The notes beneath the pieces are model-generated. The model had not been told where the DNA came from, did not search any database, and saw only the letters and a list, made by a program, of their open reading frames with translations. DNA of 32,000 bases from NCBI RefSeq assembly GCF_000829315.1, contig NZ_AP013028.1, positions 1,140,001 through 1,172,000 on the forward strand, written 5' to 3'. The position numbers and the translations under genes are program-made. Positions 16,431 to 25,647 of this stretch are shown here, piece after piece. Each line of letters starts with the position of its first letter. Positions within the stretch are counted from its first letter, which is position 1. This DNA is from Wolbachia endosymbiont of Cimex lectularius. GTDB taxonomy: Bacteria; Pseudomonadota; Alphaproteobacteria; Rickettsiales; Anaplasmataceae.

Positions 16431-17080
16431 TAACGACTATCAGTATGTAAAAGTCATAGCAGACAGGCTTGAAGCAGCAAATGTTGGCAAAATGAGGCGA
16501 ATAATATTCAATATGCCTCCGCGCTCAATGAAATCCCTGTGCGTCAGTGTTGCATGGCCGCATGGATACTTGGCAATCAGCTAACCGCGAGAATAATAGT
16601 TGCAAGCTATTCTCAGCGGCTGAGCGAAAAACACTCGCTCGATACAAGGTGCGTGATGCAATCGGATTGGTATAGAGAGCTGTTTCCAGAGGTAGAGCTA
16701 CCCACAGAACAAAACACTAAATACAAATTTCAAACAGTGCAGAGAGGATACAGAATCGCAACATCTGTTGGTGGAACATTAACCGGCGAAGGTGGTGATT
16801 TCATTATTGCGGATGATCCACTGAGCTCCACTCAAGCTTTGAGTGAAACTCTTAGAAAACGTGCTACAAACTGGTTCGACCAGACTTTAGTAAGCAGATT
16901 CAACAATAGAAAAAAAGGAGTCATCGTTCTTGTGATGCACAGACTTCACTTGGAAGACTTAACTGGGCACCTCCTCTCCAAACCGAAAATCATATGGCAC
17001 CATATTAGTTTACCAATGATATATGAAAATAAGGAGATCATTTATTCAATCAAAAAACCAGCGCCTACTTTTCTTGTTCC

Positions 17081-17148
17081 GGTCATCCAAGTAACTAAAG
17101 ATGGGCACACCAGCAATAAACCAGTATCAGCTACTTACATGACACCAC
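17081..17148. repeat. Short palindromic element embedded in frame inside the terminase reading frame
   Basis: GGTCATCCAAGTAAC ... CAGCTACTTACATGACACCAC. The second arm matches AGCTACTTACATGACACCAC at 30565-30584 over 20 nt. Both arms are inverted versions of the GGTGTCATGCAAGTAGCTGG motif at 10428-10447. Confidence 0.55.
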
Positions 17149-17812
17149 CTGCAAGGATATACTCAAGAGAAGAAGGTCAGCCGCTATACCCCCTAGATGG
17201 AGGAAGGGAAGAAGTTGAGATGATAAAGGCTGAACTTGGAAGCTATGCTTTTGCTGCGCAATATCAACAAAACCCTCTGCCGCTTTCAAGTGGTATAATC
17301 AAGCTAGAGTGGCTGAAGCGCTATAGAAATTTTCCTGATGACCTCTCGCATGTAACCTAGAGCTGGGATACTGAGGTTTCAACGAGCAACTCTAGCAACT
17401 TCAGCGTCTGCACCACTTTGGCAAAAGTGGGCAATAAGTTTTATTTACTCGATGTATATCGTGCAAAACTTGAGTATCCAAAACTTAAAGAGCAAGTTCT
17501 GTCACTAGCTGCAAGATGGACACCACACGCAGTTTTAATTGAAGCAAAAACAAGCGGTCAGCAATTGGTACAAGAGCTGAAGGCAAACAGTGATTTACCC
17601 GTTATTGAAATAGTACCGCATGATGACAAATTCGCTCGATTCCATCAGATTGTTCCGATTATAGAGTCTGGAAAAGTTTTTCTGCCGCACCAAGCGATAT
17701 GGCTCAATGATTTTGAGTATGAAATTTTAATGTTCCCAGAAGCACATCACAATGACCAAGTCGACAGCACCGTGCAATATCTGCAGTGGATGAGAGAAAG
17801 TACCTCCAGGGT

Positions 17813-17871
17813 CGCAACTATACGAACATTGTGATTTGAGCCTGCCAGGAGGATGTCATCCAAGTAGTTGG
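17813..17871. repeat. Left-end fragment of the MITE-like element, supplying the last codons and the stop of the terminase ORF
   Basis: CGCAACTATACGAACATTGTGATTTGAGCCTGCCAGGAGGATGTCATCCAAGTAGTTGG parallels 10389-10447 (CACAACTGTACGAATATTGTGATTTGAGCCTACCACTAGGGTGTCATGCAAGTAGCTGG). Confidence 0.6.
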
Positions 17872-17873
17872 TA

Positions 17874-19262
17874 TTAACATTTACCAATTGGATAATCACC
17901 AGTGAAACAAGCATCACAGTATTGCGGTGCTATGTTATTGCGCTTCTCTTCCTTAACAGCCTGATATAGCCCATCAATACTTAGGAAGGTCAAACTATTC
18001 ACTCCTATACTTGCCTTTATTTCCTCTATGGATTGATTTGCAGCAATTAAATCCTTGCGCTCTGGCGTGTCGATTCCATAAAAGCAAGAGTATTTGATTG
18101 GTGGACTTGAAATTTTTAAGTGAATTTCTCTTACTCCTGCATCTTTTAGCATAACTATTATGCTTCTGAGTGTACTGCCACGTACTATACTGTCATCTAT
18201 TAAAACTATGTTTTTACCCTTTAGAATGTGCTTATTAGCGTTGAATTTTAACTTTATTCTGACTTTACGTACTTCAGCGGTTGGTTGTATAAAAGTTCTT
18301 CCTATATAATGATTACGAATTATTCCCAGTTCCATAGGTAACCCTGAATGCTTTGCATATCCAATGGCTGCAGGTATTCCAGAATCAGGTATTGGTACAA
18401 TCATATCCACATTGTTTTTTGCTGGACTCTCCTCTGCAAGCGTTTTCCCTATTTCTTTTCTCATATCGTATATAGACCTACCTTCCATTATGCTATCTGG
18501 TCTTGAGAAATAAACGTATTCAAAAATACAAAAGCTCGATTTTTGCTGCGCAAAAGGAAATGCTGAAGTTAGGTGGCCATTACGATCAATAGTGACTAAT
18601 TCACTTGGTTCTATTTCTCTAATAAACTCTGCATTTACTATATCAAAAGCACAAGTCTCAGATGCAAGCACGTAAGAGCCGTTTAACTTTCCTAAAGCAA
18701 GGGGTCTGATTCCTGCTGGATCGCGCACTCCGATCACTACTTCTTGGTTAATTGCAACAAAGGAATAAGCGCCTTGTATCTGCTTTAATGAACATATAAA
18801 ACTCTCTAGAAAGCTATCTTTTGTATTGGTTTCTACTAAACGTACTACCACTTCTGTATCGATATCCGATTGAAAAACGCACCCCTGTTTAATTAATTGC
18901 TCGCGTATTGGAAAAATATTAATTAAATTACCATTATGTGCTATAGCAAAATCTCCAAACTTACTGCTTTTGCCAAGCATGGGTTGTGCTCCGACATTAC
19001 TGCCACTTGTTGAGTATCGAACGTGGCCTATTGCATAATCTCCAGGCAAGGATTTCTTTATTGCATCTACGTCATCAAACACACTGCTCACTTGACCTTG
19101 AAAATGGTAAGAATGCAACTTATCGTTATAACTTGTCACTACACCAAAAGACTCCTGACCTCTATGTTGCAAAGCATGAAGACCTAATATGGAGTCAAAA
19201 GCAGCGTCTTTATTGTAGCTTATACCAAATACTCCGCACTCTTCGTGCATTCCATCAAGCAT
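17874..19262 (-). CDS. purF: Amidophosphoribosyltransferase
   Basis: 462 aa. N-terminal ECGVFGI (catalytic Cys after a short leader), a PRPP-binding VLIDDSIVRGST loop, and Cys-rich C-terminal ligands (CFYGIDTP, YCDACFTGDYP). Confidence 0.92.
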   Translation of the reverse strand: MLDGMHEECGVFGISYNKDAAFDSILGLHALQHRGQESFGVVTSYNDKLHSYHFQGQVSSVFDDVDAIKKSLPGDYAIGHVRYSTSGSNVGAQPMLGKSSKFGDFAIAHNGNLINIFPIREQLIKQGCVFQSDIDTEVVVRLVETNTKDSFLESFICSLKQIQGAYSFVAINQEVVIGVRDPAGIRPLALGKLNGSYVLASETCAFDIVNAEFIREIEPSELVTIDRNGHLTSAFPFAQQKSSFCIFEYVYFSRPDSIMEGRSIYDMRKEIGKTLAEESPAKNNVDMIVPIPDSGIPAAIGYAKHSGLPMELGIIRNHYIGRTFIQPTAEVRKVRIKLKFNANKHILKGKNIVLIDDSIVRGSTLRSIIVMLKDAGVREIHLKISSPPIKYSCFYGIDTPERKDLIAANQSIEEIKASIGVNSLTFLSIDGLYQAVKEEKRNNIAPQYCDACFTGDYPIGKC

Positions 19263-19434
19263 AAAAACTATTTAGTAAAGTTTAATTCTACTTTAGCATA
19301 GGCAAAGCACAAGCATTTTATTTACTAGATGTTAAGAAGAGCTGTAAAACGCAAAAATTTCCTATACTTTCCTTCTTGTACAGTTCCAGGTATGATAAAG
19401 TATGAGACCATCACATTTTGGGACTGTACAACTG

Positions 19435-20121
19435 CTACGTTTTCTTTATTTTGCTTATAGCTTCTACAAGCAATGCAAATATCAATGAAGAATATAAGTA
19501 TTCTTTCGGTAATTCTATGTGAAGTCCTTCAAGGATTAGATATGCACCAACAAATAAAATAAATAGAATGGCGATTGTTTTTAAGCTAGGGCTAGATTTA
19601 ATTAACTGAGCGGTATGGCTTGATAAAAATATCATCGCTAGTATGAAAAACGTGTATGCCATAGCAATTATTATCATGTTGTGAGTTAATGCTATAGCGG
19701 TTAATAAAGAATCGACCGAAAAAATTAAGTCTATTAATATGATTTGCAGTATAACTGAAAACAATTGCGATTTGATATCTATTTTTTTTTCGGTTTGCTT
19801 GTATAAAAAAATGTTATTCCATAGCTCCATAGAGTTTTTAACAATGAGAAATAATCCTCCCGCTATCATAAGTAGATCTTTTACTGAGATGTCGAGCGAT
19901 ATAGCGTGAAATATAGGTTTTTGCATTGACAATATATGCGATGTAAAAAACAGTGTCACAAAACGCATCAATAGCGCTAGTCCAAGACCTATAAGGCGTA
20001 CCCTTTCTTTCAGCGTGGTTGGTACTTTATCTATCGCTAGAGAAATAAAGATTAAATTGTCTACGTTAAGTATAGTTTCAAGTAGTGTAAGTATCAGTAA
20101 AGTCTACGCTTCAGCTAACAT
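19435..20121 (-). pseudogene. TerC-family integral membrane protein with a premature stop at codon 6
   Basis: ATG at 20121-20119, then MLAEA, then TAG at 20106-20104. The frame continues TLLILTLLETILNVDNLIFISLAIDKVPTTLKERVRLIGLGLALLMRF into the listed 178-aa ORF. The conserved TerC N-terminus usually has Trp at the stop position (TGG to TAG). Confidence 0.7.
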
Positions 20122-20270
20122 TTTCGTTCCCGTTCTAGCTTCTTTACTTTACAATAGATATGTAAAAATTAAGTGACTTCACTTAGGCAGAGCGTGGCTT
20201 TTTATCAAGGAGAGGAATGATGGCCTCTTTGAATAGGTAGAGAGAGTACTATAGCAACGAAATGACGGAA

Positions 20271-21019
20271 TTATACAGGTGATTTTGGCATATCCCCAGG
20301 TGCAACCTGCTTTACTCCCATTTCAGTTTTAGGCTTTGACATCATGTATATGCCAGCACCAACAACAGTACTTGCTATAAGCGCAGATCCTGCAACTAGC
20401 CCAATCATTGTTGGTATAGATAAGGTAGTAGCAAATGTGAGTGCAGTAGCAACTATTGCTGCGACTACAAAACCCACAACAATGCCTTTTACAATCGCAT
20501 TTTTTATAAGGTGCGTTTCTTCTGCTTTCTTGAGAGGTTGTATCTCACTACGATCTGCTCCTTTTTCCAATAGAGTTTTTACTATACTCATATAGCCGTT
20601 TTTGCGGGCAATAAGTAAAGGAGTCAATCCAACATTAGATTTTGCATCAATATTTGCTTTATTTTCAATCAAAATATTTACTATATCTATGTGATTATTG
20701 AGAACAGCAAAATGCAAAGGAGTCCACCCACAAGGTGCTTCATTAACATTTGCTTTCTTCTCAATTAAAGTATTCACTACATTTACACAGTTGTTTGCAA
20801 CAGCAATACTTAAAATGTGTTTTGTGTTGTAGCTCCATATTTATTGGTAATAAGCTCAGCAAAAGGGTAATCAACACTAAAACCCTCCTTTTCCCACTTT
20901 TCGTATGTTTCTTTATCTTTTTGTAGCTTAGTCTTTATTTGCTCGATTACATTACCCGCACTTAAATCTGGAAGAGCGTTTAATTTTTTAAGTATTTCTG
21001 CAAGTTTTCCTTGTGCCAT
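20271..21019 (-). pseudogene. Ankyrin-repeat protein with a two-TM C-terminal tail, split by a frameshift into a 69-aa and a 168-aa ORF
   Basis: ORF 20810..21019 ends ...ELITNKYGATTQNTF-stop. The downstream ANK frame is already open from 20840 and reads YNTKHILSIAVANNCVNVVNTLIEKKANVN, so the first ANK repeat spans the break (shift between 20813 and 20840). The tail carries IVVGFVVAAIVATALTFA and MIGLVAGSALIASTVVGAGIYMM. Confidence 0.65.
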
Positions 21020-21201
21020 AACTTTCTCCTATCCAGTTCAATTATCGCATATTTTGGCAAAAAAGTCAAGAATTTAGAATTCTCTACCTCTCAATTTGAC
21101 AGAGTTTATCGAACATTTCCTCAGAGCACTGGATATAAATTTATAGGGGTAGGGCCATTATTATCTTTCATTAAAAAATCACTTAAGCTATACTGCAGAT
21201 C

Positions 21202-21726
21202 ATGAACCTTAGGCAAAAAATCAAATTTTTTTCTCTGTCTTTTATAATATTGTTTTTCTTATGGATTGTATTGTCTGGTTATTTTGAGCCGTTTTTTGTT
21301 TTTTGTGGAGTATTTTCCTCTATATTCACGTTGTTTATCTTTAAACGATTGATAGATGCTGAAAGTGCCTTTAGTCAAATCCTAAATGGTACGAGTAGAT
21401 TGTCATTTTGTAAGTTGCTGGTAAGTTATATACCATGGTTAATATACCAAGTCATTCTGTCAAGTATCTATGTAGCAAAAAAAGTGCTACAGACCGAGCT
21501 TAAACTTGAGCCAATCACCATCCTAAAGAAGTGTAAAGGACATAACGACGAAAGCATCACATTGTTTGCAAATTCAGTCGCGATTACTCCTGGCACTTTA
21601 ACTATCAATGTTGTAAGAAAACGGCAAACTTACCTGTCTACCATATATTTGATAGATAAAAGTCTTGAAAGCGGCGTTTCCGAAATAGAGAATAGAGTCT
21701 TGGAAACGCTGCGTTCAATCAGGTAA
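21202..21726 (+). CDS. mnhE: Multisubunit Na+/H+ antiporter subunit E (MnhE/MrpE)
   Basis: 174 aa. N-terminal FLWIVLSG...FFVFCGV TM pair and the ITPGTLTINV motif typical of MnhE. Confidence 0.7.
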   Translation: MNLRQKIKFFSLSFIILFFLWIVLSGYFEPFFVFCGVFSSIFTLFIFKRLIDAESAFSQILNGTSRLSFCKLLVSYIPWLIYQVILSSIYVAKKVLQTELKLEPITILKKCKGHNDESITLFANSVAITPGTLTINVVRKRQTYLSTIYLIDKSLESGVSEIENRVLETLRSIR

Positions 21727-22135
21727 TTGCCTTAAATAAGTTAACAGCATCCTTATATTCTCTTACTAGGCTTTCAAGCATTTCTTTTGGAAGGCTATTG
21801 CCAACAACAGAGCATAAATAATTGTATAAATCTTCTAACTTTGATATGTTGTTTTTCTTCTTACTGTTGAGCTTATGTGGAAAAATATCTTCCATAATTT
21901 CAATAGCAGCAGCCTTATTTAAAAACACATTTTCACTTGTCACACTTATTCTTGCCAGGATGGTGTTGATTTCAGGTTCATCACTCGCATAAAAATCTGA
22001 CAGCCGAGCCATTTTAATGACGTATAGATTTACTATTTTTGACAGGCAATTATCAGCATATTCACAATTTTTTATTACTTCCCACTGAGTAACCTGAGAT
22101 TTACTTATTTTTGCATTGTGTGGTAATTTGCTCAT
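21719..22135 (-). CDS. Hypothetical protein (138 aa, no recognisable domain)
   Basis: Clean ORF. It converges on mnhE with an 8-nt overlap. The sequence looks helical and soluble. Confidence 0.5.
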   Translation of the reverse strand: MSKLPHNAKISKSQVTQWEVIKNCEYADNCLSKIVNLYVIKMARLSDFYASDEPEINTILARISVTSENVFLNKAAAIEIMEDIFPHKLNSKKKNNISKLEDLYNYLCSVVGNSLPKEMLESLVREYKDAVNLFKAIT

Positions 22136-22410
22136 TCAATTTTCTCCGTTTAATCCAGTGAATAGATTATATTAATACTTTGTTAAATAAATAATAACGC
22201 GATTACAAAAATGTATGCTTATATTAATATACTAGCCCAGGTGCTTCAACATCAGAGCTAATTTTAGCTGAATGCTGTCTAGCAAAACCTAAAATTAGAA
22301 GGCTCACTTATAACGGAGAAAGCTGTACGCACCCTTTTCGCTATAAAATAGGTTTTCCTTTTGAGCTGTTTTGTTAATATTGAATTTCACACTAAATTAA
22401 CTGTGCTACA

Positions 22411-23004
22411 ATGAAAAAAATAAAGCTCGGAATACTCATTTCAGGCAGAGGATCAAACATGCAGTCATTGATAAAAGCATGTCAAGATCGCAGTTTTCCT
22501 GCAGAAGTTGTGTGCGTTATCACAGATAATGGTGAGGCTGCTGGCTTGAAAATAGCAAAGCAAGCAGGAATCTCAGCATTTGTTGTTGAAAGTAAAGCTC
22601 TTGATGCTAATAAAATTCACGAAATACTCGTTCAACATAAGGTTGATTTGGTTTGCCTTGCAGGGTTTATGAGAATTCTAAAAGCTGACTTTCTGAGTAA
22701 ATGGCACGACAAGGTTATAAATATTCATCCCTCTTTACTTCCATCTTTTAAGGGCCTCAATGCTCAAGAGCAAGCTCTAAAAGCAGGCGTAAAAGTTACA
22801 GGTTGTACTGTACATTACGTTACTTCTGAGGTTGATGCTGGAGCCATAATCGCTCAAGCTGCTGTGCCAGTGTTACCAAACGATAACATTCAAAGCCTTT
22901 CAGAACGTATTCTAGCTGAGGAACATAAGTGCTACGTGGAAGCAGTGAGGTTAATAGCAGAAGGATTAACTTTTAGCGTTCCTTCCAACTTCAACAAAAA
23001 ATAA
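22411..23004 (+). CDS. purN: Phosphoribosylglycinamide formyltransferase
   Basis: 197 aa. GILISGRGSNMQSLI, LAGFMRIL, NIHPSLLPSFKG and GCTVHYV motifs. Confidence 0.9.
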   Translation: MKKIKLGILISGRGSNMQSLIKACQDRSFPAEVVCVITDNGEAAGLKIAKQAGISAFVVESKALDANKIHEILVQHKVDLVCLAGFMRILKADFLSKWHDKVINIHPSLLPSFKGLNAQEQALKAGVKVTGCTVHYVTSEVDAGAIIAQAAVPVLPNDNIQSLSERILAEEHKCYVEAVRLIAEGLTFSVPSNFNKK

Positions 23005-24282
23005 ATTTTCAGGATCTAATAAAGAACTTGCCAATTTGTTTACTTCCTCTAATTTAACGTCATTAATAATGTTCGTATAATTATTTATACGATTAACATC
23101 ACGATCATTTATCTGTATATCATCCAGCAGTATTGCTGTATTTGTATTATTGGATAGAAAAAAGGCAAGGTTATTCACTAAACTGGTTTTTGTATCATTA
23201 AACAATTGTTCGTCAATTCCCTCTTTTTTTACCTTACTCAATACGTCCTTTACTGCTGATATAGCTTTGCTAGCAGTAGAACTATCAGTACTCATAAATC
23301 CCAATATAGCACTTCCATGTTTTTTGGGAATAATGCTTGCACTAATACCATAAGTAATGCCCAGATTTTGTCTCAATTCTTTCATTAGTATTGAATTTAG
23401 CCCCATGCCACCAAGCGCATCAATTAAGACACTAGCGTTATAATAATTGGGGTCTTCATATGCCATACCTTTCTGAGCAAAAATTATGACACTCTGTGGT
23501 ATATCCATAAAAATGTTCTTACTTTCTGCGGGACCAAAATCATTTTTTACAGGTATTTTTTTAACTTTTGATCTTTTTGATGGTAATTTAGATAAATATT
23601 TATCCAGTAGCTTACTAATTTCTTCCTTTGTTGCGCAACCAACAACACTGATAACCATGTTGTCTTTAGCAAAATTGCGCTTTATGTATGTCAAAATATC
23701 ATCTCTAGTAATGCTCATTACAGTATCAAGAGTTCCATATCCACTTTTTGAGTAAGGATGCTTTTTAAACAACAACGTCTCTAGTTCTTTTCCAGCAACA
23801 AAATAAGGATTTTTTTCAAGATTATTAAAAGTAACTTTTGCTTTTTCGAAAACTCTATTCAACCCTTCAGAATCAACTTTAGGACGCATTATAGCGTCAC
23901 TTAGTAACGAAACTGCGTCCTCTAAATTCTCAGACAGAATATTTAATGAAACCCTAAATGCTTCTAAATCGGCAATAAAACCTAAACTAATCCCTTTATC
24001 TTCAAGCTTTTTTGCAAAATCTTTGGCATCATTTTTTCCTGCCCCCTCTTGAATTACAAGAGAAGTAAACCAAGTAAGCCCCTGTTTTTCCGCGTTTTCA
24101 TACGCGTAGCCTGCATCCTTGAATGATATATTCAGTGAAACTTTTGGTAAATCGCAATTTTCAACAAATAAAAACTTAAATCCTTTACGGGTAGTAACCT
24201 CCTCTATATTTAGATTACCGCTTGCTTGTAAGTTAAAGCCTAGACAGAAAAAAAGTATAAATACAAGTTTACTTATCTTCAT
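22966..24282 (-). CDS. M16-family (insulinase/PqqL-like) peptidase, non-catalytic-type subunit
   Basis: The ORF track starts at 24312. ATG 24282 (MKISKLVFILFFCLGFNLQA signal peptide) is the likely start. It has the M16 fold pattern but no HxxEH motif, and pairs with the upstream M16 gene. Confidence 0.75.
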   Translation of the reverse strand: MKISKLVFILFFCLGFNLQASGNLNIEEVTTRKGFKFLFVENCDLPKVSLNISFKDAGYAYENAEKQGLTWFTSLVIQEGAGKNDAKDFAKKLEDKGISLGFIADLEAFRVSLNILSENLEDAVSLLSDAIMRPKVDSEGLNRVFEKAKVTFNNLEKNPYFVAGKELETLLFKKHPYSKSGYGTLDTVMSITRDDILTYIKRNFAKDNMVISVVGCATKEEISKLLDKYLSKLPSKRSKVKKIPVKNDFGPAESKNIFMDIPQSVIIFAQKGMAYEDPNYYNASVLIDALGGMGLNSILMKELRQNLGITYGISASIIPKKHGSAILGFMSTDSSTASKAISAVKDVLSKVKKEGIDEQLFNDTKTSLVNNLAFFLSNNTNTAILLDDIQINDRDVNRINNYTNIINDVKLEEVNKLASSLLDPENLFFVEVGRNAKS

Positions 24283-25609
24283 TATTACCTCCTTTTGGTA
24301 GCAAACGACCAACTAATTTGTTAGTAGAAAAGATAGTGCGAATTTTGTTATTTACATTCTCTAAATTAACATCATTGATTTTACTATATGAAATATCTAT
24401 CTCATCAAGTGGAATATCAAGTGCTAGATGTGGTATGTAAAACATTGCTATACTAGTTAAGTCAGATAGCTTATCAAACTGTGCTGCTTTGTATTTAGAC
24501 TTTGCACTTTGCAACTCCTCATTCGTTATTCCTTCAAAGATAAAGTTATTAATAGCATTATCTAGCTCTCTTTCAATAACGTTCAACTTCATTCCGCTTT
24601 TTGGAGTTACCTCAATATCAATGTAGCTATCGCTAAAGGCTAAACTGCTATAATAAGTAGATACTGATACTGCCACACTTTTACCCAGAACCAAATCTTT
24701 ATATAGTTTACTAGATTTGCCACCCCCTAACACTTCAACTGCCAAGTTAACAGCAGAGGTTTCATCCATGTTCTTGAATAAAGGAACACGATAACGAAAA
24801 TATAAAACTGGTTCTTTTACTTCAGTGCTTTCTAAAGTTACCGATAGATCTGCATTATGTGCTGGATCCTGATTTGGGTAATGCCTAATTGTAGGCTTAG
24901 CTTTAATTTCCCCATATTTTTCTCTTGCTAGTTCCACTACTTCATCGAATTCCACATCACCAACAATCAGCAGGATTGCGTTGTTTGGATGGTAATAGTT
25001 GTCATGAAACCTTATTATATCATCTTGATTATAAGTTCTAATATCGCTTTCCCAGCCGATAACAGATCTGCCGTAGCCAGTACGGTAAAATGCACTATTC
25101 ATTTCTTCCCATAGCAAATTGTTAAGATTATTATCAAACCTCATCTTCCTTTCTTCTAATACAATATTTTTTTCCCTATCTATTTTGTCTTGAGTAACAT
25201 TAAAATTGCCCATTCTATCTGCTTCAACTTCCATTGCTAGTGGTAAGTCGCCCTTGAGGACTAATTCGTAGTAACAGGTATATTCTCTAGTGGTAAATGC
25301 GTTGAATTGCGCTCCAATGCTACTCATAGTCGATTCTATGTCTTTAAATTTTCCTGTAGTTTCAAATATTAAATGCTCAAAGTAGTGAGCCAATCCTGCT
25401 TTGCCGATTGGATCATCCATTCCCCCAACTTTATATATTACTGCATGTAAAACGGCCGGAATCCGATGATTAGGTACAATATAGATATCTAGCCCATTAC
25501 TGAGTTTAGCGTGCTTTATACTGTGTTCTATATTTACAGCTTTCAGAGAGATTGGATAAGTAAAAAACAATAAAGGTAATATAAAGAAACTAAAAAACCT
25601 GTGGAGCAT
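24269..25609 (-). CDS. M16-family zinc peptidase (catalytic subunit)
   Basis: 446 aa. Signal peptide, then the inverted zinc motif HYFEHLIFE (HxxEH) and a downstream EERK region. Confidence 0.85.
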   Translation of the reverse strand: MLHRFFSFFILPLLFFTYPISLKAVNIEHSIKHAKLSNGLDIYIVPNHRIPAVLHAVIYKVGGMDDPIGKAGLAHYFEHLIFETTGKFKDIESTMSSIGAQFNAFTTREYTCYYELVLKGDLPLAMEVEADRMGNFNVTQDKIDREKNIVLEERKMRFDNNLNNLLWEEMNSAFYRTGYGRSVIGWESDIRTYNQDDIIRFHDNYYHPNNAILLIVGDVEFDEVVELAREKYGEIKAKPTIRHYPNQDPAHNADLSVTLESTEVKEPVLYFRYRVPLFKNMDETSAVNLAVEVLGGGKSSKLYKDLVLGKSVAVSVSTYYSSLAFSDSYIDIEVTPKSGMKLNVIERELDNAINNFIFEGITNEELQSAKSKYKAAQFDKLSDLTSIAMFYIPHLALDIPLDEIDISYSKINDVNLENVNNKIRTIFSTNKLVGRLLPKGGNNEDK

Positions 25610-25647
25610 TGTCCTAACCTAATACAATTGAATTCGAAACAACAATT

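Larger units (their letters stand above)
15500..17834 (+). pseudogene. Phage (WO/GTA-type) terminase large subunit, inactivated by an IS insertion, a 1-nt deletion and an in-frame TAG
   Basis: ATG 15500 follows AGGAGG (15490-15495). Removing 15571-16433 (IS plus one TAA) restores MENINFLKFIELCFKTVMPGCEYNDYQYVKVIADRLEAANVGKMRRIIFNMPPRSMKSLCVSVAWP. The frame then slips by one missing base near 16558-16562 (VAWP/AWILGNQ). TAG at 17358-17360 interrupts ...HVT*SWDT... in the same frame. Terminase motifs: PPRSMKS (Walker A-like), GGDFIIADDP, VLVMHRLHLEDL, FAAQYQQNP, and a C-terminal nuclease-like HHNDQVDS. Confidence 0.85.

Noticed and set aside
19375-19429. 9-bp inverted repeat TTGTACAGT / ACTGTACAA downstream of the TerC-family gene, as a terminator or MITE remnant
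   Set aside because: The ~37-nt loop and the lack of a T-tract make an intrinsic terminator unlikely, and similarity to the MITE TIR is limited to ACAACTG.
22136-22410. 275-bp leader upstream of purN as a possible purine or ZTP riboswitch
   Set aside because: None of the conserved GC-rich cores of the purine or ZTP (pfl) motifs is present, and only trivial 5-bp stems were seen.
22966-23004. 39-nt convergent overlap of the purN and M16 peptidase 3' ends as a regulatory feature
   Set aside because: Short convergent overlaps are common in compact endosymbiont genomes, and no associated structure was seen.
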